Notes under the pieces: generated by a model | What the model saw: the letters and a program-made list of their open reading frames with translations, nothing else | Databases searched by the model: none | What the model was told of the DNA's origin: nothing | Made by a program: the position numbers and the translations under genes | In this document: piece by piece, positions 63,601-64,000 of the stretch | Numbering within the stretch: position 1 is the first letter of the stretch | How the letters are laid out: the number at the start of each line of letters is the position of its first letter | NCBI RefSeq assembly: GCF_004010195.1 | Contig: NC_057743.1 | Span: forward strand, 17,068,948-17,132,947 | Length of the DNA: 64,000 nucleotides | Origin: Chiloscyllium plagiosum | Lineage: Eukaryota | Direction: 5' to 3'

Positions 63601-63716
63601 TTATAAAACAGTAATTGCTGCTCCTGGAATTCGAGGAAATCACCTCCAACACCTAAAATACCTCAAAAAAGGAGCAGCTCTTAAAGCCACAATGTTTTCC
63701 CGTTCCCCCACCTTGG
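60641..63716 (-). mobile_element. CR1/HER1 LINE 5' part: 5' UTR, ORF1 (zinc finger plus SGNH esterase) and ORF2 APE endonuclease, degenerate
   Basis: CSFCRMWE...YVCRKC; CLPGARI...VIVHIGTND; LLGLYYRP, VMVGD, PTREGAKLDLLL, SDHNSI. Confidence 0.9.
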
Positions 63717-64000
63717 AATGCATCTCTCTAAACCCAGATGATGGTTTGATGTATCAAATTGGCCTAAGCGTTCAGAAAACTAATCCACCAAAATCCACTT
63801 TAACTGACCTTTCAGCCAGCAGTGCGCCATTACATTGTGAACGAGTGAATGAGTGACTCCTCACTCTGTGGAGTTCTGAACAGCATGGGACCAATCATTG
63901 TTCATTTTCTGTTCTTCTCACTTTGAGGATGATTCACTCCACGTCGCTCTAATTCCATTGCTCATCAGTTTGTGATGATGACTGAGCTGACATTTGGGCC

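Overview
This is vertebrate genomic DNA. The repeat content (HE1-type SINEs, HER1/CR1 LINEs, Deu-domain SINEs) points to a cartilaginous fish, probably a shark (inference). One assembly gap lies at 1031-1214. There are three protein-coding loci in the same order and orientation as human 1p36. (1) DHRS3 coding exon 1 is on the minus strand (13013-13207), with intron 1 running off the left edge. (2) A single intact 4-exon AADACL3/4-like lipase is on the plus strand (26347-37713, 416 aa). (3) A 4-exon CFAP107/C1orf158 is on the plus strand (45266-53408, 196 aa). Candidate regulatory signals include a perfect DR5 retinoic-acid response element in DHRS3 intron 1, a DHRS3 TATA box, and an RFX X-box abutting a FOXJ1-type motif just upstream of CFAP107. 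The rest is mostly decayed transposable elements: CR1/HER1, L1, Rex1, HE1 and Deu SINEs, and solo-LTR-like inserts. The most unusual layer is a dense set of Penelope-like remnants and ~200-bp palindromic mini-elements from at least three families. Most carry minimal type I hammerhead ribozyme cores, several with clear target-site duplications (TSDs) and some in sense orientation inside host introns. Repeat boundaries were read by eye and are approximate; exon boundaries were checked for GT-AG and phase.
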